Assembly: GCF_964213995.1 (NCBI RefSeq)
Contig: NW_027592528.1
Location: 1-51,794 of the forward strand
DNA: 51,794 nt
Direction: 5' to 3'
DNA from: Mustelus asterias
Taxonomy: Eukaryota
This document shows positions 22,555 to 34,974 of the stretch, one piece after another; the first letter of the stretch is position 1; every line of letters starts with the position of its first letter. The notes under the pieces were generated by a model that had not been told where the DNA came from, ran no database searches, and saw only the letters and a list, made by a program, of their open reading frames with translations. The translations under genes and the position numbers were made by a program.

Positions 22555-22840
22555 ATAGAATAGAATAGAATCTTACGGTACAGAAGGAGGCCATTTGGCC
22601 CATCGGGTCTGCACCAACCACAATCCAACTAACCTGCACATCTTTGGACACTAAGGGACAATTTAGCATGGCCAATCCACCTAACCCGCACATCTTTGGA
22701 CACTAAGGGGACAATTTAGCATGGCCAATCCACCTAACCCGCACATCTTTAGACACTCAGGGACAATTTAGCATGGCCAATCCACCTAACCTGCACATCT
22801 TTGGACACTAGGGGGCAATTTAGCATGGCCAATCCACTAT
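22555..22840 (-). repeat. SINE tail plus ~4 copies of the 52-bp SINE-internal repeat
   Basis: Unit CACATCTTTGGACACTAAGGGGCAATTTAGCATGGCCAATCCACCTAACCTG. Confidence 0.85.
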
Positions 22841-24625
22841 GCCAATTGGTGGCATAGTGGACATTGAAGAAGGTTATCTCCGATTGCAACGGGATCTTGA
22901 TCAATTGGGCCAGTGGGCTGACGAATGGCAGACGGAGTTTAATTTAGACAAATGCGAGGTGATGCATTTTGGTCGATTGAACCGGTGAAGGACTTACTCA
23001 GTTAATGGTCGGGCGTTGGGGAGAGTTACAGAACAAAGAGATCTAGGGGGTACAGGTTTATAGCTCCTTGAAAGTGGAGTCACAGGTGGACAGAGTGGTG
23101 AAGAAGGCATTCGGCATGCTTGGTTTCATTGGTCAGAACATTGAATACAGGAGTTGGGACATCTTGTTGAAGTTGTACAAGACATTGGTAAGGCCACAAA
23201 GAACAGTACAGCAGAGGAAACAGGCCCTTCGGCCCTCCAAGCCTGTGCCGCTCATTGGTCCAACTAGACCATTCGTTTGTATCCCTCCATTCCCAGGCTG
23301 CTCATGTGACTATCCAACATAGAACAGTACAGCACAGAACAGGCCCTTCGGCCCACGATGTTGTGCCGAGCTTTATCTGAAACCAAGATCAAGCTATCCC
23401 ACTCCCTATCATCCTGGTGTGCTCCATGTGCCTATCCAATAACCGCTGAAATGTTCCTAAAGTGTCTGACTCCACTATCACTGCAGGCAGTCCATTCCAC
23501 ACCCCAACCACTCTCTACGTAAAGAACCTAGAAAGATCCAGGTAAGTCTTAAACGATGTCAGCGTGTCTGCCTCCACCACCCTACTTGGCAGCGCATTCC
23601 AGGCCCCCACCACCCTCTGTGTAAAAAGCGTCCCTCTGATATCTGAGTTCTACTTCGCCCCTCTCACCTTGAGCCCGTGACCCCTCGTGATCGTCACCTC
23701 CGACCTGGGAAAAAGCTTCCCTGTTCACCCTATCTATAACCTTCATAATTTTGTACACCTCTATTAGATCTCCCCTCATTCTCCGTCTTTCCAAGGAGAA
23801 CAACCCCAGTCTACCCAATCTCTCCTCATAGCTAAGACCCTCCATACCAGGCAACATCCTGGTAAACCTTCTCTGCACTCTCTCTAAAGCCTCCACGTCC
23901 TTCTGGTAGTGTGGCGACCAGAACTGGACGCAGTACTCCAAATGTGGCCGAACCAGCGTTCTATACAACCGCAACATCAGACCCCAACTTTTATACTCTA
24001 TACCCTGTCCTATAAAGGACTTGGAATACTGTGTGCAGTTCTGGTCACCCTATTATAGAAAGGATATTATTAAACTAGAAAGAGTGCAGAAGAGATTTAC
24101 TAGGATTCTACCGGGACTTGATGGTTTGAGTTATAAGGAGAGGCTGGATAGAGTCAGAGAGGATTTAGATTTAGAGTCATAGAGATTTACAGCATGGAAA
24201 CATATTATTTTCATGGATAGACTGGCATTCTCTGGAGCATAGAAGGCTGAGGGGTGATCTTATAGAGGTCTATAAAATAATGAAGAGCGTAGATCAGCTA
24301 GATAGTCAATATTTTTCCCAAAGGTAGGGGAGTCTAAAACTAGAGGGCATAGGTTTAAGGTGAGAGGGGAGAGATACAAAAGGGTCCAGAGGGGCAATTC
24401 TTTCACACAGAGGGTGGTGAGTGTCTGGAACAAGCTGCCAGAGGTAGTAGTAGAGGTGGGTACAATTTTGTCTTTTAAAAAGTGTTTAAACAGTTACATG
24501 GGTAAGATTGTTAGAGAGAGATATGGGCCAAATGCAGGCAATTGGGATTAGCTTAGGGGTTTAAAAAACAGGGCAGCATGGACAAGTTGGGTCGAAGGGC
24601 CTGTTGCCATGCTGTAAACTTCTAT
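22840..24625. mobile_element. CR1 fragment (+) split by a minus-strand CR1 (~23198-24017), itself split by a third CR1 3' end (~23320-23530)
   Basis: LVRP|HLEYCVQFW is interrupted at ~23197 and resumes ~24018; minus-strand ORF 23582-23977. Confidence 0.85.
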
Positions 24626-24629
24626 GACG

Positions 24630-25265
24630 CTATAACCCCACCCAGGCCCTATCCCCATAACCCCATACATTTACCCTGGCTCGTCCCCCTGATACTAAGG
24701 GACAATTTAGCACGGCCAATCCACCTAACCTGCACATCTTTGGACACTAAGGCACAATTTAGCATGACCAATCCACCTAACCTGCACATCTTTGGACACT
24801 AAGGCACAATTTAGCATGGCCAATCCACCTAACCTGCACATCTTTGGACACTAAGGCACAATTTAGCATGACCAATCCACCTAACCCACATATCTTTGGA
24901 CATGAGGGGGCAATTTAGCACGGCCAATCCAACTAACCTGCACATCTTTGGAAATGAGGGGGCAATTTAGCATGGCCAATCCACCTAACCCGCACATCTT
25001 TGGACACTAAGGGACAATTTAGCATGGCCAATCCACCTAACCTGCACATCTTTGGACACTAAGGGGCAATTTTAGCATGGCCAATCCACCTAACCCGCAC
25101 ATCTTTGGACTGTGGGAGGAAACCGGAGCACCCAGAGGAGACACACGCAGACATGGGGAGAGAACGTGCAAACTCCACACAGATAGTGACCCAAGCCGGG
25201 AATCGAACCCGGGTCCCTGGCACTGTGAGGCAGCAGTGCCAACCACTGTGCCATCATGCTGCCCA
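24630..25265 (-). mobile_element. HE1-like SINE with ~8 internal tandem copies of the 52-mer
   Basis: SINE 3' body, then the array, then the SINE head in correct order. Confidence 0.88.
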
Positions 25266-25846
25266 TGAGAGAGACAGAGAGAGACACAGAGACTGAGAGA
25301 CACAGAGACTGAGAGAGATGGGAGAGACAGAAAAAAGACAGAGAGAGACAGAAAGAGGGGGAGAGACAAAGAGGCAGAGGAGGAGANNNNNNNNNNNNNN
25401 NNNNNNNNNNNNNNNNNNNNNNNNNNNNNNNNNNNNNNNNNNNNNNNNNNNNNNNNNNNNNNNNNNNNNNNNNNNNNNNNNNNNNNNNNNNNNNNNNNNN
25501 NNNNNNNNNNNNNNNNNNNNNNNNNNNNNNNNNNNNNNNNNNNNNNNNNNNNNNNNNNNNNNNNNNNNNNNNNNNNNNNNNNNNNNNNNNNNNNNNNAGA
25601 TGGTGAACCTGTGGAATTCTCTGCCACAGAAGGCCATGAGGGCCAAGTCACCGAATATATTTAAGAAAGAGATGGATTTTTAAATTCCAAAGGCACCACG
25701 GGGTATGGGGAGAGAGCGGGAGAGTGACAATGTAATACAGGATCAGCCATGATCATAATGAGTGGCAGAGCAGGTTCGAGGGGCTGAATGGCCTCCTCCT
25801 GTTTCTAGTTCCTATGCCACCGTCGCTCTGGGTCTGGGTTAAATTT

Positions 25847-25996
25847 GGAATGAAACTACGTGAGGTAACTTCCCTCTGTTGAAAATAGTCCGACTGTTTC
25901 CCTTCTGAACGGGACCCACACCCTCCCCCTCCCCCCGACAGAGTTGGTGAGGGGGAAGTGAAACCCACTCTCTCTACCCCCATCTGTGTTCATCTG
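25847..25996. promoter_or_regulatory. Candidate B-cell enhancer island: EICE GGAAGTGAAACC (25954-25965), Ets site, IRF-like site, two CATCTG E-boxes
   Basis: Motif cluster in a rare non-repeat stretch upstream of the Ig C exon; motif evidence only. Confidence 0.4.
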
Positions 25997-26959
25997 AATC
26001 NNNNNNNNNNNNNNNNNNNNNNNNNNNNNNNNNNNNNNNNNNNNNNNNNNNNNNNNNNNNNNNNNNNNNNNNNNNNNNNNNNNNNNNNNNNNNNNNNNNN
26101 NNNNNNNNNNNNNNNNNNNNNNNNNNNNNNNNNNNNNNNNNNNNNNNNNNNNNNNNNNNNNNNNNNNNNNNNNNNNNNNNNNNNNNNNNNNNNNNNNNNN
26201 NNNNNNNNNNNNNNNNNNNNNNNNNNNNNNNNNNNNNNNNNNNNNNNNNNNNNNNNNNNNNNNNNNNNNNNNNNNNNNNNNNNNNNNNNNNNNNNNNNNN
26301 NNNNNNNNNNNNNNNNNNNNNNNNNNNNNNNNNNNNNNNNNNNNNNNNNNNNNNNNNNNNNNNNNNNNNNNNNNNNNNNNNNNNNNNNNNNNNNNNNNNN
26401 NNNNNNNNNNNNNNNNNNNNNNNNNNNNNNNNNNNNNNNNNNNNNNNNNNNNNNNNNNNNNNNNNNNNNNNNNNNNNNNNNNNNNNNNNNNNNNNNNNNN
26501 NNNNNNNNNNNNNNNNNNNNNNNNNNNNNNNNNNNNNNNNNNNNNNNNNNNNNNNNNNNNNNNNNNNNNNNNNNNNNNNNNNNNNNNNNNNNNNNNNNNN
26601 NNNNNNNNNNNNNNNNNNNNNNNNNNNNNNNNNNNNNNNNNNNNNNNNNNNNNNNNNNNNNNNNNNNNNNNNNNNNNNNNNNNNNNNNNNNNNNNNNNNN
26701 NNNNNNNNNNNNNNNNNNNNNNNNNNNNNNNNNNNNNNNNNNNNNNNNNNNNNNNNNNNNNNNNNNNNNNNNNNNNNNNNNNNNNNNNNNNNNNNNNNNN
26801 NNNNNNNNNNNNNNNNNNNNNNNNNNNNNNNNNNNNNNNNNNNNNNNNNNNNNNNNNNNNNNNNNNNNNNNNNNNNNNNNNNNNNNNNNNNNNNNNNNNN
26901 NNNNNNNNNNNNNNNNNNNNNNNNNNNNNNNNNNNNNNNNNNNNNGTGATTTGAGTTTT

Positions 26960-27297
26960 AGATCAGCTAGATAGTCAATATTTTTTCCCAAAGGTAGGGG
27001 AGTCTAAAACTAGAGGGCATAGGTTTAAGGTGAGAGGGGAGAGATACAAAAGTGTCCAGAGGGGCAATTTTTTCACACAGAGGGTGGAGAGTGTCTGGAA
27101 CAAGCAGCCAGAGGTAGTAGTAGAGGCGGGTACAATTTTATCTTTTAAAAAGCATTTAGACAGTTACATGGGTACGATGGGTATAGAGGGATATGGGCCA
27201 AATGTGGGCAATTGGGACTAGCTTAATGGTTAAAAACTGGACGGCATGGGACTAGTTGGGCCAAAGGGCCAGTTTCCATGCTGTAAACCTCCGTGAC
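26960..27297 (+). mobile_element. CR1 LINE 3' end
   Basis: RGHRFKVRGERYK...FFTQRV..VWNK. Confidence 0.88.
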
Positions 27298-27594
27298 TCT
27301 ATTGGCCGTGCCAAATTCTCCCTCAGTGTACCCAAACAGGCACTGGAGTGTGGCCACTGGGGAATTTTCACAGTAACTTCCTTGTGGCATTAATGTAAGC
27401 TGACTTGTGACACTGATCAATAAACTTAAACTTAAATCTAAACTCAAGAACGTCCTTATTAGACTTAAAACCGGGTCTCCACGTTTGGCATCCCATGGCA
27501 GGAATGCTTCAGGCCTCCCCCTGACTTTGTGCCGAGCACAGATGTTTCTCAAAGGCCACAGAGTTGGTCGAATAAACCTACAGTCTTTGTGGTC

Positions 27595-29155
27595 ATAGAA
27601 TCCCTACAGTGCAGAAGGAGGCCATTCAGCCCATTGAATCTGCACTGGCCACAATCCCACTCAGGCCCAATCCCCGTAGCCCCACATATTTACCCGCTAA
27701 TCCCCCTGACACTAAGGGCCAATTTAGCATGGCCAATCCACCTAACAATCACATCTTTGGACACTAAGGGCCAATTAAGCATGGCCAATCCACCTAACCT
27801 ACACATCTTTGAACACTAAGGGGCAATTTAGCATGGCCAATCCACCTAACCCACACATCTTTGGACACTAAGGGACAATTTAGCACGGCCAATCCACCCA
27901 ACCTGCACATCTTTGGACACTAAGGGACAATTTAGCATGGCCAATCCACCTAACCTGCACATCTTTGGACACTAAGGGGCAATTTAGCATGGCCAATCCA
28001 CCTAACCCACACATCTTTGGACACTAAGGGACAATTTAGCACGGCCAATCCACCCAACCTGCACATCTTTGGACACTAAGGGACAATTTAGCATGGCCAA
28101 TCCACCCAACCTGCACATCTTTGGACACTAAGGGGCAATTTAGCATGGCCAATCCACCTAACCCACACATCTTTGGACACTAAGGGACAATTTAGCACGG
28201 CCAATCCACCCAACCTACACACCTTTGGACACTAAGGGGCAATTTAGCACGGCCAATCCACCTAACCGCACATCTTTGGACACTAAGGGGCAATTTAACG
28301 TGGCCAATCCACCTAACCTGCACATCTTTGGACACTTAGGGGCAATTTAGCATGGCCAATCCACCCAACCTGCACATCTTTGGACACTAAGGGGCAATTT
28401 AGCATGGCCAATCCACCTAACCTGCACATCTTTGGACACTAAGGGGCAATTTAGCATGGCCAATCCACCTAACCTGCACATCTTTGGACACTAAGGGGCA
28501 ATTTAGCTTGGCCAATCCACCCAACCTGCACATCTTTGGACACTTAGGGGCAATTTAGCATGGCCAATCCACCCAACCTGCACATCTTTGGACACTAAGG
28601 AGCAATTTAGCATGGCCAATCCACCCAACCTGCACATCTTTGGACACTAAGGGGCAATTTAGCATGGCCAATCCACCTAACCTGCACATCTTTGGACACT
28701 AAGGGACAATTTAGCATGGCCAATCCACCTAACCTGCACATCTTTGGACACTAAGGGGCAATTTAGCATGGCCAATCCACCTAACCTGCACATCTTTGGA
28801 CACTAAGGGACAATTTAGCATGGCCAATCCACCTAACCTGCACATCTTTGGACACTAAGGGGCAATTTAGCATGACCAATCCACCTAACCTGCACATCTT
28901 TGGACACTAAGGAGCAATTTAGCATGGCCAATCCACCTAACCTACACATCTTTGGACACTAAGGAGCAATTTAGCATGGCCAATCCACCCAACCTGCACA
29001 TCTTTCAGACTGTGGGAGGAAACCGGAGCACCCGGAGGAAGCCCATGCAGACACGGGGAGAATGTGCAAACTCCGCACAGACAGTGACCCGAGGCCGGAA
29101 TTGAACCCGAGTCCCTGGCGCTGCGAGGCAGCAGTGCTAACCACTGTGCCACCAG
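27595..29155 (-). mobile_element. HE1-like SINE expanded by ~25 internal tandem copies of the 52-mer
   Basis: Tail at 27595, array ~27705-29005, head 29005-29155. Confidence 0.9.
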
Positions 29156-29284
29156 TCCTTGGCACTGCCAGTGAGACAGTGAGAAACACAGTGACCGCAC
29201 CCAGCTCTACCTGATCGAATTGATGGGTTATTCCTCATGAGGTCGTGAAGGTCAGTTGTGAAGAGGACACAAAGGGTCAGGAAA

Positions 29285-29815
29285 TTGTGGGCCCCGATTC
29301 TAAGGAAGGATGTGCTGGCCCCTGGAGAGGGTCCAGAGGAGGTTCATGAGAATAATCCCAGGAATGAAAAGCTTGACGCATGAGGAGCGTTTGAGGACTC
29401 TGGGTCTGCACTCGTTGGAGTTGAGAAGGATGAGGGGGGGTGGGGATCTCGTTGAAAGTTACAGAATACTGAAAGGCCTGGACAGAGTGACGTGGAGAAG
29501 ATGTTTCCACTAGTCGGAGAGAGTGGGATCCGAGGGCACAGCCTCAGAGTAAAGGGAGGACCCTTCGGGACCCCGCTGAGGAGGAATTTCTTCAGCCAGA
29601 GGATGGTGAATCTGTGGAATTCGTTGCCTCAGAGGAGGGCAGGTCATTCAGTATATTTAAGACAGAGATAGGTAGGTTCTGGATTGGTATAGGGGATCAA
29701 AGGTTATGGGTGAAAAGGTGGGAGAATGGGGTTGAGAAACTTAACAGCCATGATCAAATGGTGGAACAGACTCGATGGGCCGAATGGCCTCATTCTGACC
29801 ATGTATCTTATGGCC
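29285..29815 (+). mobile_element. Older CR1 LINE 3' fragment
   Basis: LERVQRRFMRIIPGMKSL.HEERLRTLGL. Confidence 0.8.
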
Positions 29816-29834
29816 TTATGAAATGTAAGCTGTG

Positions 29835-31390
29835 AGATTTGATTTGTTATTGTCACATATGTTGGGATACAGTGAAAAGTATTGTTTCTTATGCGCTATA
29901 CAAACAAAGCATACCATTCATAGAGTACATAAGGGAGAAGGAAAGGAGAGGGTGGAAAATGTGTTACAGCATAGCTCGGGTGTAGAGAAAGATCAACTTA
30001 GTGCGAGGTAGGTCCATTCAAAAGTCTGATGATGGCAGGGAAGAAGCTGTTCTTGAGTCGGTCGGTACGTGACCTCAGACTGACTCATCAACAACCTGTC
30101 CTGGTCCCCCCCATGCCGACACTATAGTTAAGAAAGCCCCACCAACACCTCTACTTTCTCAGAAGGCTAAGGAAATTTGGCATGTCAGCTACGACTCTCA
30201 CCAACTTTTACAGATGCACCATAGAAAGCATTCTATCTGGTTGTATCACAGCTCGGTCTGGGCTCCTGCTCTGCCCAAGACCACAAGGAACTACAAAAGG
30301 TCATGAATGTAGCCCAATCCATCACGCAAACCAGCCTCCCATCCATTGACTCTGTCTACACTTCCCGCTGCCTCGGAAAAGCAGCCAGCATAATCAAGGA
30401 CTCCCACGCACCCCGGACATTCTCTCTTCCACCTTCTTCCTTCGGGAAAAAGATACAAAAGTCTGAGGTCACGCACCGACCGACTCAAGAACAGCTTCTT
30501 CCCTGCTGCTGCCAGACTTTTGAATGGACCTACCTCGCATTAAGTTGATCTTTCTCTTCACCCTAGCTATGACTGTAACACTACATTCTACACTCTCTCC
30601 TTTCCTTCTCTATGAACGGTATGTTTTGTCTGTATAGCGCGCAAGAAACAATACTTTAAACTGTATGTTTAGGGCGGCACAGTGGTTAGCACTGCTGCTT
30701 CACAGCTCCAGGGACCTGGGTTCGATTCCCGGCTCGGGTCACTGTCTGTGTGGAGTTTGCACATTCTCCTCGTGTCTGCGTGGGTTTCCTCCGGGTGCTC
30801 CAGTTTCCTCCCACAGTCCAAAGATGAGCGGGTTAGGTTGATTGGCCAGGTTAAAATTGCCCCTTAATGTCCTGAGATGTGTAGGTTAGAGGGATTAGTG
30901 GGTAAATATGTAGGGATATGGGGGTAGGGCCTGGGTGGGATTGTGGTCGGTGCAGACTCGATGGGCCGAATGGCCTCTTTCTGTACTGTAGGGTTTCTAT
31001 GATTTCTATGTTAATACATGTGACAATAATAAATTAAATCAAATCAAAATCAGACTTTTATATCTTTTTCCCGACGGAAGAAGGTGGAAGAGAGAATGTC
31101 CGGGGTGCGTGGGGTCCTTGATTATGCTGGCTGCTTTGCCGAGGCAGAGGGAAGTGTAGACAGAGTCAGTGGATGGGAGGCTGGTTTGTGTGATGGACTA
31201 GATTTCGTTCATGACCCTTTGTAGTTCCTTGCGGTCTTGGGCAGAGCAGGAGCCCAGACCGAGCTGTGATACAACCAGAAAGATTGCTTTCTATGGCGCA
31301 TCTGTAAAAGTTGGCGAGAGTCGGAGCGGACATGCCAAATTTCCTTTAGTCTTCTGAGAAAGTAGAGGCTTTGGTGGGCTTTCTTAACCA
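29835..31390. mobile_element. Rex1-like LINE (-) with an inverted Rex1-like copy inserted (+, ~30081-31049), which contains an HE1-like SINE (+, ~30671-31010)
   Basis: TCAGACT duplicated at 30074-30080 and 31050-31056 around the + copy; TATGTT flanks the SINE. Confidence 0.85.
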
Positions 31391-31572
31391 ATCAAGAACC
31401 TATCTATCTCTACCTTAAAGACACTCACTGACCCGGCCTCCACAGCTTTCTGTGGCGATCAATTCCACAGATTCCCCACCCTCCGGCTGAAGAAATTCCT
31501 CCTGGCATTGAAGTATACACAACTGAGCATAGAGAGCAGATCTCTGGGGGTGAGCCGAGTGAGAAAGCTCAG

Positions 31573-32103
31573 GTGGTTAGGGGCTGTAAAAGACTGGGCC
31601 TTGTGATTGGGGACTCCACAATTAAGGAGACAGATAGGAGGGTCGGAACTAAAGGTAGGGACTCAGGGTTGGTGTGTTGCCTACCAGGGGCTGGGGTCCG
31701 GGATGTGTCTGACAGGGTATTCAGGACTCTTAGGGGGGAGGGAGATAAACCACAAGTTATTGTACATGTGGGGACACACGACATAGGGAGGATAGGGGAA
31801 GGGGATATTAGGCAGGGATTTATGGAGTTGGGGTGGAAACTAAAGGCCAAGACTGACAGAGTGGTTATCTCTGGACTCTTGCCTGTACCACGGGATAGTT
31901 TAGAGAGGAATAGGGAGAGGGAAGGTTTGAATTCATGGCTGAGGGGATGGTGCAGGAGGGAGGGGTTCAGGTACTTAAGCAATTGGGGCTCATACTGGGG
32001 AAGGTGTGACCTCTATGAGAAGGATGGTCTACACCTTAATCAGAAGGGGACCAATATCCTGGGGGGTAAATTTGCTAAGGCCATGCAGGGAGGTTTAAAC
32101 TGA
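31573..32103 (+). CDS. CR1 ORF1 C-terminal SGNH/GDSL esterase domain
   Basis: Motifs VIGDS, LPGA, VHVGTHD, DGLHLN. Confidence 0.88.
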   Translation: MVRGCKRLGLVIGDSTIKETDRRVGTKGRDSGLVCCLPGAGVRDVSDRVFRTLRGEGDKPQVIVHVGTHDIGRIGEGDIRQGFMELGWKLKAKTDRVVISGLLPVPRDSLERNREREGLNSWLRGWCRREGFRYLSNWGSYWGRCDLYEKDGLHLNQKGTNILGGKFAKAMQGGLN

Positions 32104-32154
32104 TTCGGGGTGGGGGGAGGGATCCTGAGTAGTGGGGCTGAAAGTGAGGGATGC

Positions 32155-34974
32155 ATGGATGGGGACTGCAATGCACGGCATTGCAGAGGTGGGGTGGAGC
32201 AGGGTTTGAAATGTGTATACTTCAATGCCAGGAGTATTCGCAATAAAGTGGGTGAACTTGCAGCGTGGATCAGTACCTGGGACTTCGATGTTGTGGCTAT
32301 TTCAGAGACATGGATAGAGCAGGGGCAGGAATGGATGCTGCAGGTCCCGGGGTTCAAATGTTTTAGTCGAAGTAGGGAAGGAGGTAGAAGAGGGGGAGGG
32401 GTAGCATTATTGGTCAGAGATTGTATCACAGTGTCAGAGAGGAGGTTTGATGAGGACTTATCTGTTGAGGTAGTATGGGCGGAGATTAGAAATAGGAGAG
32501 GAGAGGTCACCCTGTTGGGAGTCTTTTATAGACCTCCTAAAAGTTCTAGAGAGGTTGAGGAAAGGATTGCGGAGTCAATCCTGCTGAGGAGTGAAAGTAA
32601 GAGGGCAATTGTTATGGGGGATTTTAACTTGACTAATATTGACTGGAATTGTTATAGCTCTAGCTCGTTAGAGGGGTCAGTTTTTGTTCAAAGCGTGCAG
32701 GAAGGTTTTTTGACTCAGTATGTAGACAGGCCAACTAGAGGTGAGGCTATATTGGATCTGGTGCTGGGAAATGAGCCAGACCAGGTGCTAGACTTGGAAG
32801 TTGGTGTGCATTTTGGTGATAGTGACCACAATTCGGTTACGTTCACCTTAGTGATGGAAAGGGATAGGCATGAACCTCGGGCCAATGGTTTTAGCTGGGG
32901 GAAGGGTAATTATGAGGCTATTAGGAGAGAATTAGGAAACATAGGTTGGACTAGGAGATTACAGGGACTGGGAACGTCCGACATGTGGAGTTTTTTCAAG
33001 GAGCAGCTACTGCGAGTCTGTGATAGGTATGTCCCTGTCAGGCAAGGAGGAATTGGTAGGGCTAGGGAACCGTGGTGCACCAAAAAAGTTTCTTTGTTGG
33101 TTAAAAAGAAAAAGGAGGCTTATGTTCGGATGAGACGTGAGCACTCGGGTAGTGCACTAGAAAGCTTTAGATTGGCTAAGAGGGAGTTGAAGAGCGAGCT
33201 TAGAAGGGCTAAAAGGGGACATGAGAAGACTTTGGCGGATAGGGTTAAAGAGAATCCTAAGGCGTTCTATAGGTATGTCAAGAACAGAAGGTTGGTTAGG
33301 GCAAGTTTAGGGCCAGTTATAGATGGCAGAGGGAAGTTATGTGTGGAACCGGAGGAGATTGGTGAAGCATTGAACCAATATTTCTCTTCGGTGTTCACGC
33401 AAGGGGACATGAATATAGCTGAGGAGGACACTGGGTTGCAAGGGAGTAGAATAGACAGTATTACAGTTGATAAGGAGGATGTGCAGGATATTCTGGAGGG
33501 TCTGAAAATAGATAAATCCCCTGGTCCGGATGGGATTTATCCAAGGATTCTCTGGGAGGCAAGAGAAGTGATTGCAGAGCCTCTGGCTCTGATCTTCAGG
33601 TCGTCATTGGCCTCTGGTATAGTACCAGAAGATTGGAGGTTAGCGAATGTTGTCCCATTGTTTAAGAAGGGGAACAGAGACTTCCCCGGGAATTATAGAC
33701 CGGTGAGTCTCACTTCTGTTGTCGGCAAGATGTTGGAAAAAATTATAAGGGATAGGATTTATAGTTATTTGGAGAGTAATGAATTGATAGGTGATAGTCA
33801 GCATGGTTTTGTGGCAGGTAGGTCGTGCCTTACTAACCTTATTGAGTTTTTTGAGAAAGTGACCAAGGAGGTGGATGGGGGCAAGGCAGTGGACGTGGTA
33901 TATATGGATTTTAGTAAGGCATTTGATAAGGTTCACCATGGTAGGCTTCTGCAGAAAATGCAGATGTATGGGATTGGGGGTGATCTAGGAAATTGGATCA
34001 GGAATTGGCTAGCGGATAGGAAACAGAGGGTGGTGGTTGATAGTAAATATTCATCATGGAGTGCGGTTACAAGTGGTGTACCTCAGGGATCTGTTTTGGG
34101 GCCACTGCTGTTTGTAATATTTATTAATGATCTGGATGAGGGTATAGTTGGGTGGATTAGCAAATTTGCTGATGACACCAAAGTCGGTGGTGTGGTAGAC
34201 AGTGAGGAAGGGTGTCGTAGTTTGCAGGAAGACTTAGACAGGTTGCAAAGTTGGGCCGAGAGGTGGCGGATGGAGTTTAATGCGGAGAAGTGTGAGGTAA
34301 TTCACTTTGGTAGGAATAACAGATGTGTTGAGTATAGGGCTAACGGGAGGACTTTGAATAGTGTGGAGGAGCAGAGGGATCTAGGTGTATGTGTGCATAG
34401 ATCCCTGAAAGTTGGGAATCAAGTAGATAAGGTTGTTAAGAAGGCTTATGGTGTCTTGGCGTTTATTGGTAGGGGGATTGAATTTAGGAGTCGTAGCGTT
34501 ATGTTGCAACTGTACACAACTCTGGTGCGGCCGCACTTGGAGTACTGTGTGCAGTTCTGGTCCCCACATTACAGGAAGGATGTGGAGGCTTTGGAGAGGG
34601 TGCAGAGGAGGTTTACCAGGATGTTGCCTGGTATGGAGGGGAGATCCTATGAGGAGAGGCTGAGGGATTTGGGATTGTTTTCGCTGGAAAGGCGGCGGCT
34701 AAGAGGGGATCTTATTGAAACATATAAGATGATTAGAGGTTTAGATAGGGTGGATAGTGATAGCCTTTTTCCTCTGATGGAGAAATCCAGCACGAGGGGG
34801 CATGGCTTTAAATTGAGGGGGGGTAGTTATAGAACCGATGTCAGGGGTAGGTTCTTTACCCAGAGGGTGGTGAGGGATTGGAATGCCCTGCCAGCATCAG
34901 TAGTAAATGCGCCTAGTTTGGGGGCGTTTAAGAGATCCGTAGATAGGTTCATGGACGAAAAGAAATTGGTTTAG
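32155..34974 (+). CDS. CR1 ORF2: APE endonuclease plus reverse transcriptase, uninterrupted
   Basis: NARSIRNK, SETW, YRPP, GDFN, SDH (endonuclease); [31 protein letters not shown] (RT); first in-frame ATG at 32155. Confidence 0.95.
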   Translation: MDGDCNARHCRGGVEQGLKCVYFNARSIRNKVGELAAWISTWDFDVVAISETWIEQGQEWMLQVPGFKCFSRSREGGRRGGGVALLVRDCITVSERRFDEDLSVEVVWAEIRNRRGEVTLLGVFYRPPKSSREVEERIAESILLRSESKRAIVMGDFNLTNIDWNCYSSSSLEGSVFVQSVQEGFLTQYVDRPTRGEAILDLVLGNEPDQVLDLEVGVHFGDSDHNSVTFTLVMERDRHEPRANGFSWGKGNYEAIRRELGNIGWTRRLQGLGTSDMWSFFKEQLLRVCDRYVPVRQGGIGRAREPWCTKKVSLLVKKKKEAYVRMRREHSGSALESFRLAKRELKSELRRAKRGHEKTLADRVKENPKAFYRYVKNRRLVRASLGPVIDGRGKLCVEPEEIGEALNQYFSSVFTQGDMNIAEEDTGLQGSRIDSITVDKEDVQDILEGLKIDKSPGPDGIYPRILWEAREVIAEPLALIFRSSLASGIVPEDWRLANVVPLFKKGNRDFPGNYRPVSLTSVVGKMLEKIIRDRIYSYLESNELIGDSQHGFVAGRSCLTNLIEFFEKVTKEVDGGKAVDVVYMDFSKAFDKVHHGRLLQKMQMYGIGGDLGNWIRNWLADRKQRVVVDSKYSSWSAVTSGVPQGSVLGPLLFVIFINDLDEGIVGWISKFADDTKVGGVVDSEEGCRSLQEDLDRLQSWAERWRMEFNAEKCEVIHFGRNNRCVEYRANGRTLNSVEEQRDLGVCVHRSLKVGNQVDKVVKKAYGVLAFIGRGIEFRSRSVMLQLYTTLVRPHLEYCVQFWSPHYRKDVEALERVQRRFTRMLPGMEGRSYEERLRDLGLFSLERRRLRGDLIETYKMIRGLDRVDSDSLFPLMEKSSTRGHGFKLRGGSYRTDVRGRFFTQRVVRDWNALPASVVNAPSLGAFKRSVDRFMDEKKLV

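Noticed and set aside
25037-26991. ORFs spanning N runs (also 49974-50752)
   Set aside because: Artefacts of assembly gaps.
27705-29005. CRISPR-like array
   Set aside because: Head-to-tail SINE-derived repeats with no unique spacers, in a vertebrate genome.
32095-32160. ORF1 stop in frame with ORF2, suggesting read-through
   Set aside because: The second CR1 copy (~39020-39091) has ORF2 in a different frame, so this is probably an indel in a G-run; ORF2 has its own ATG.
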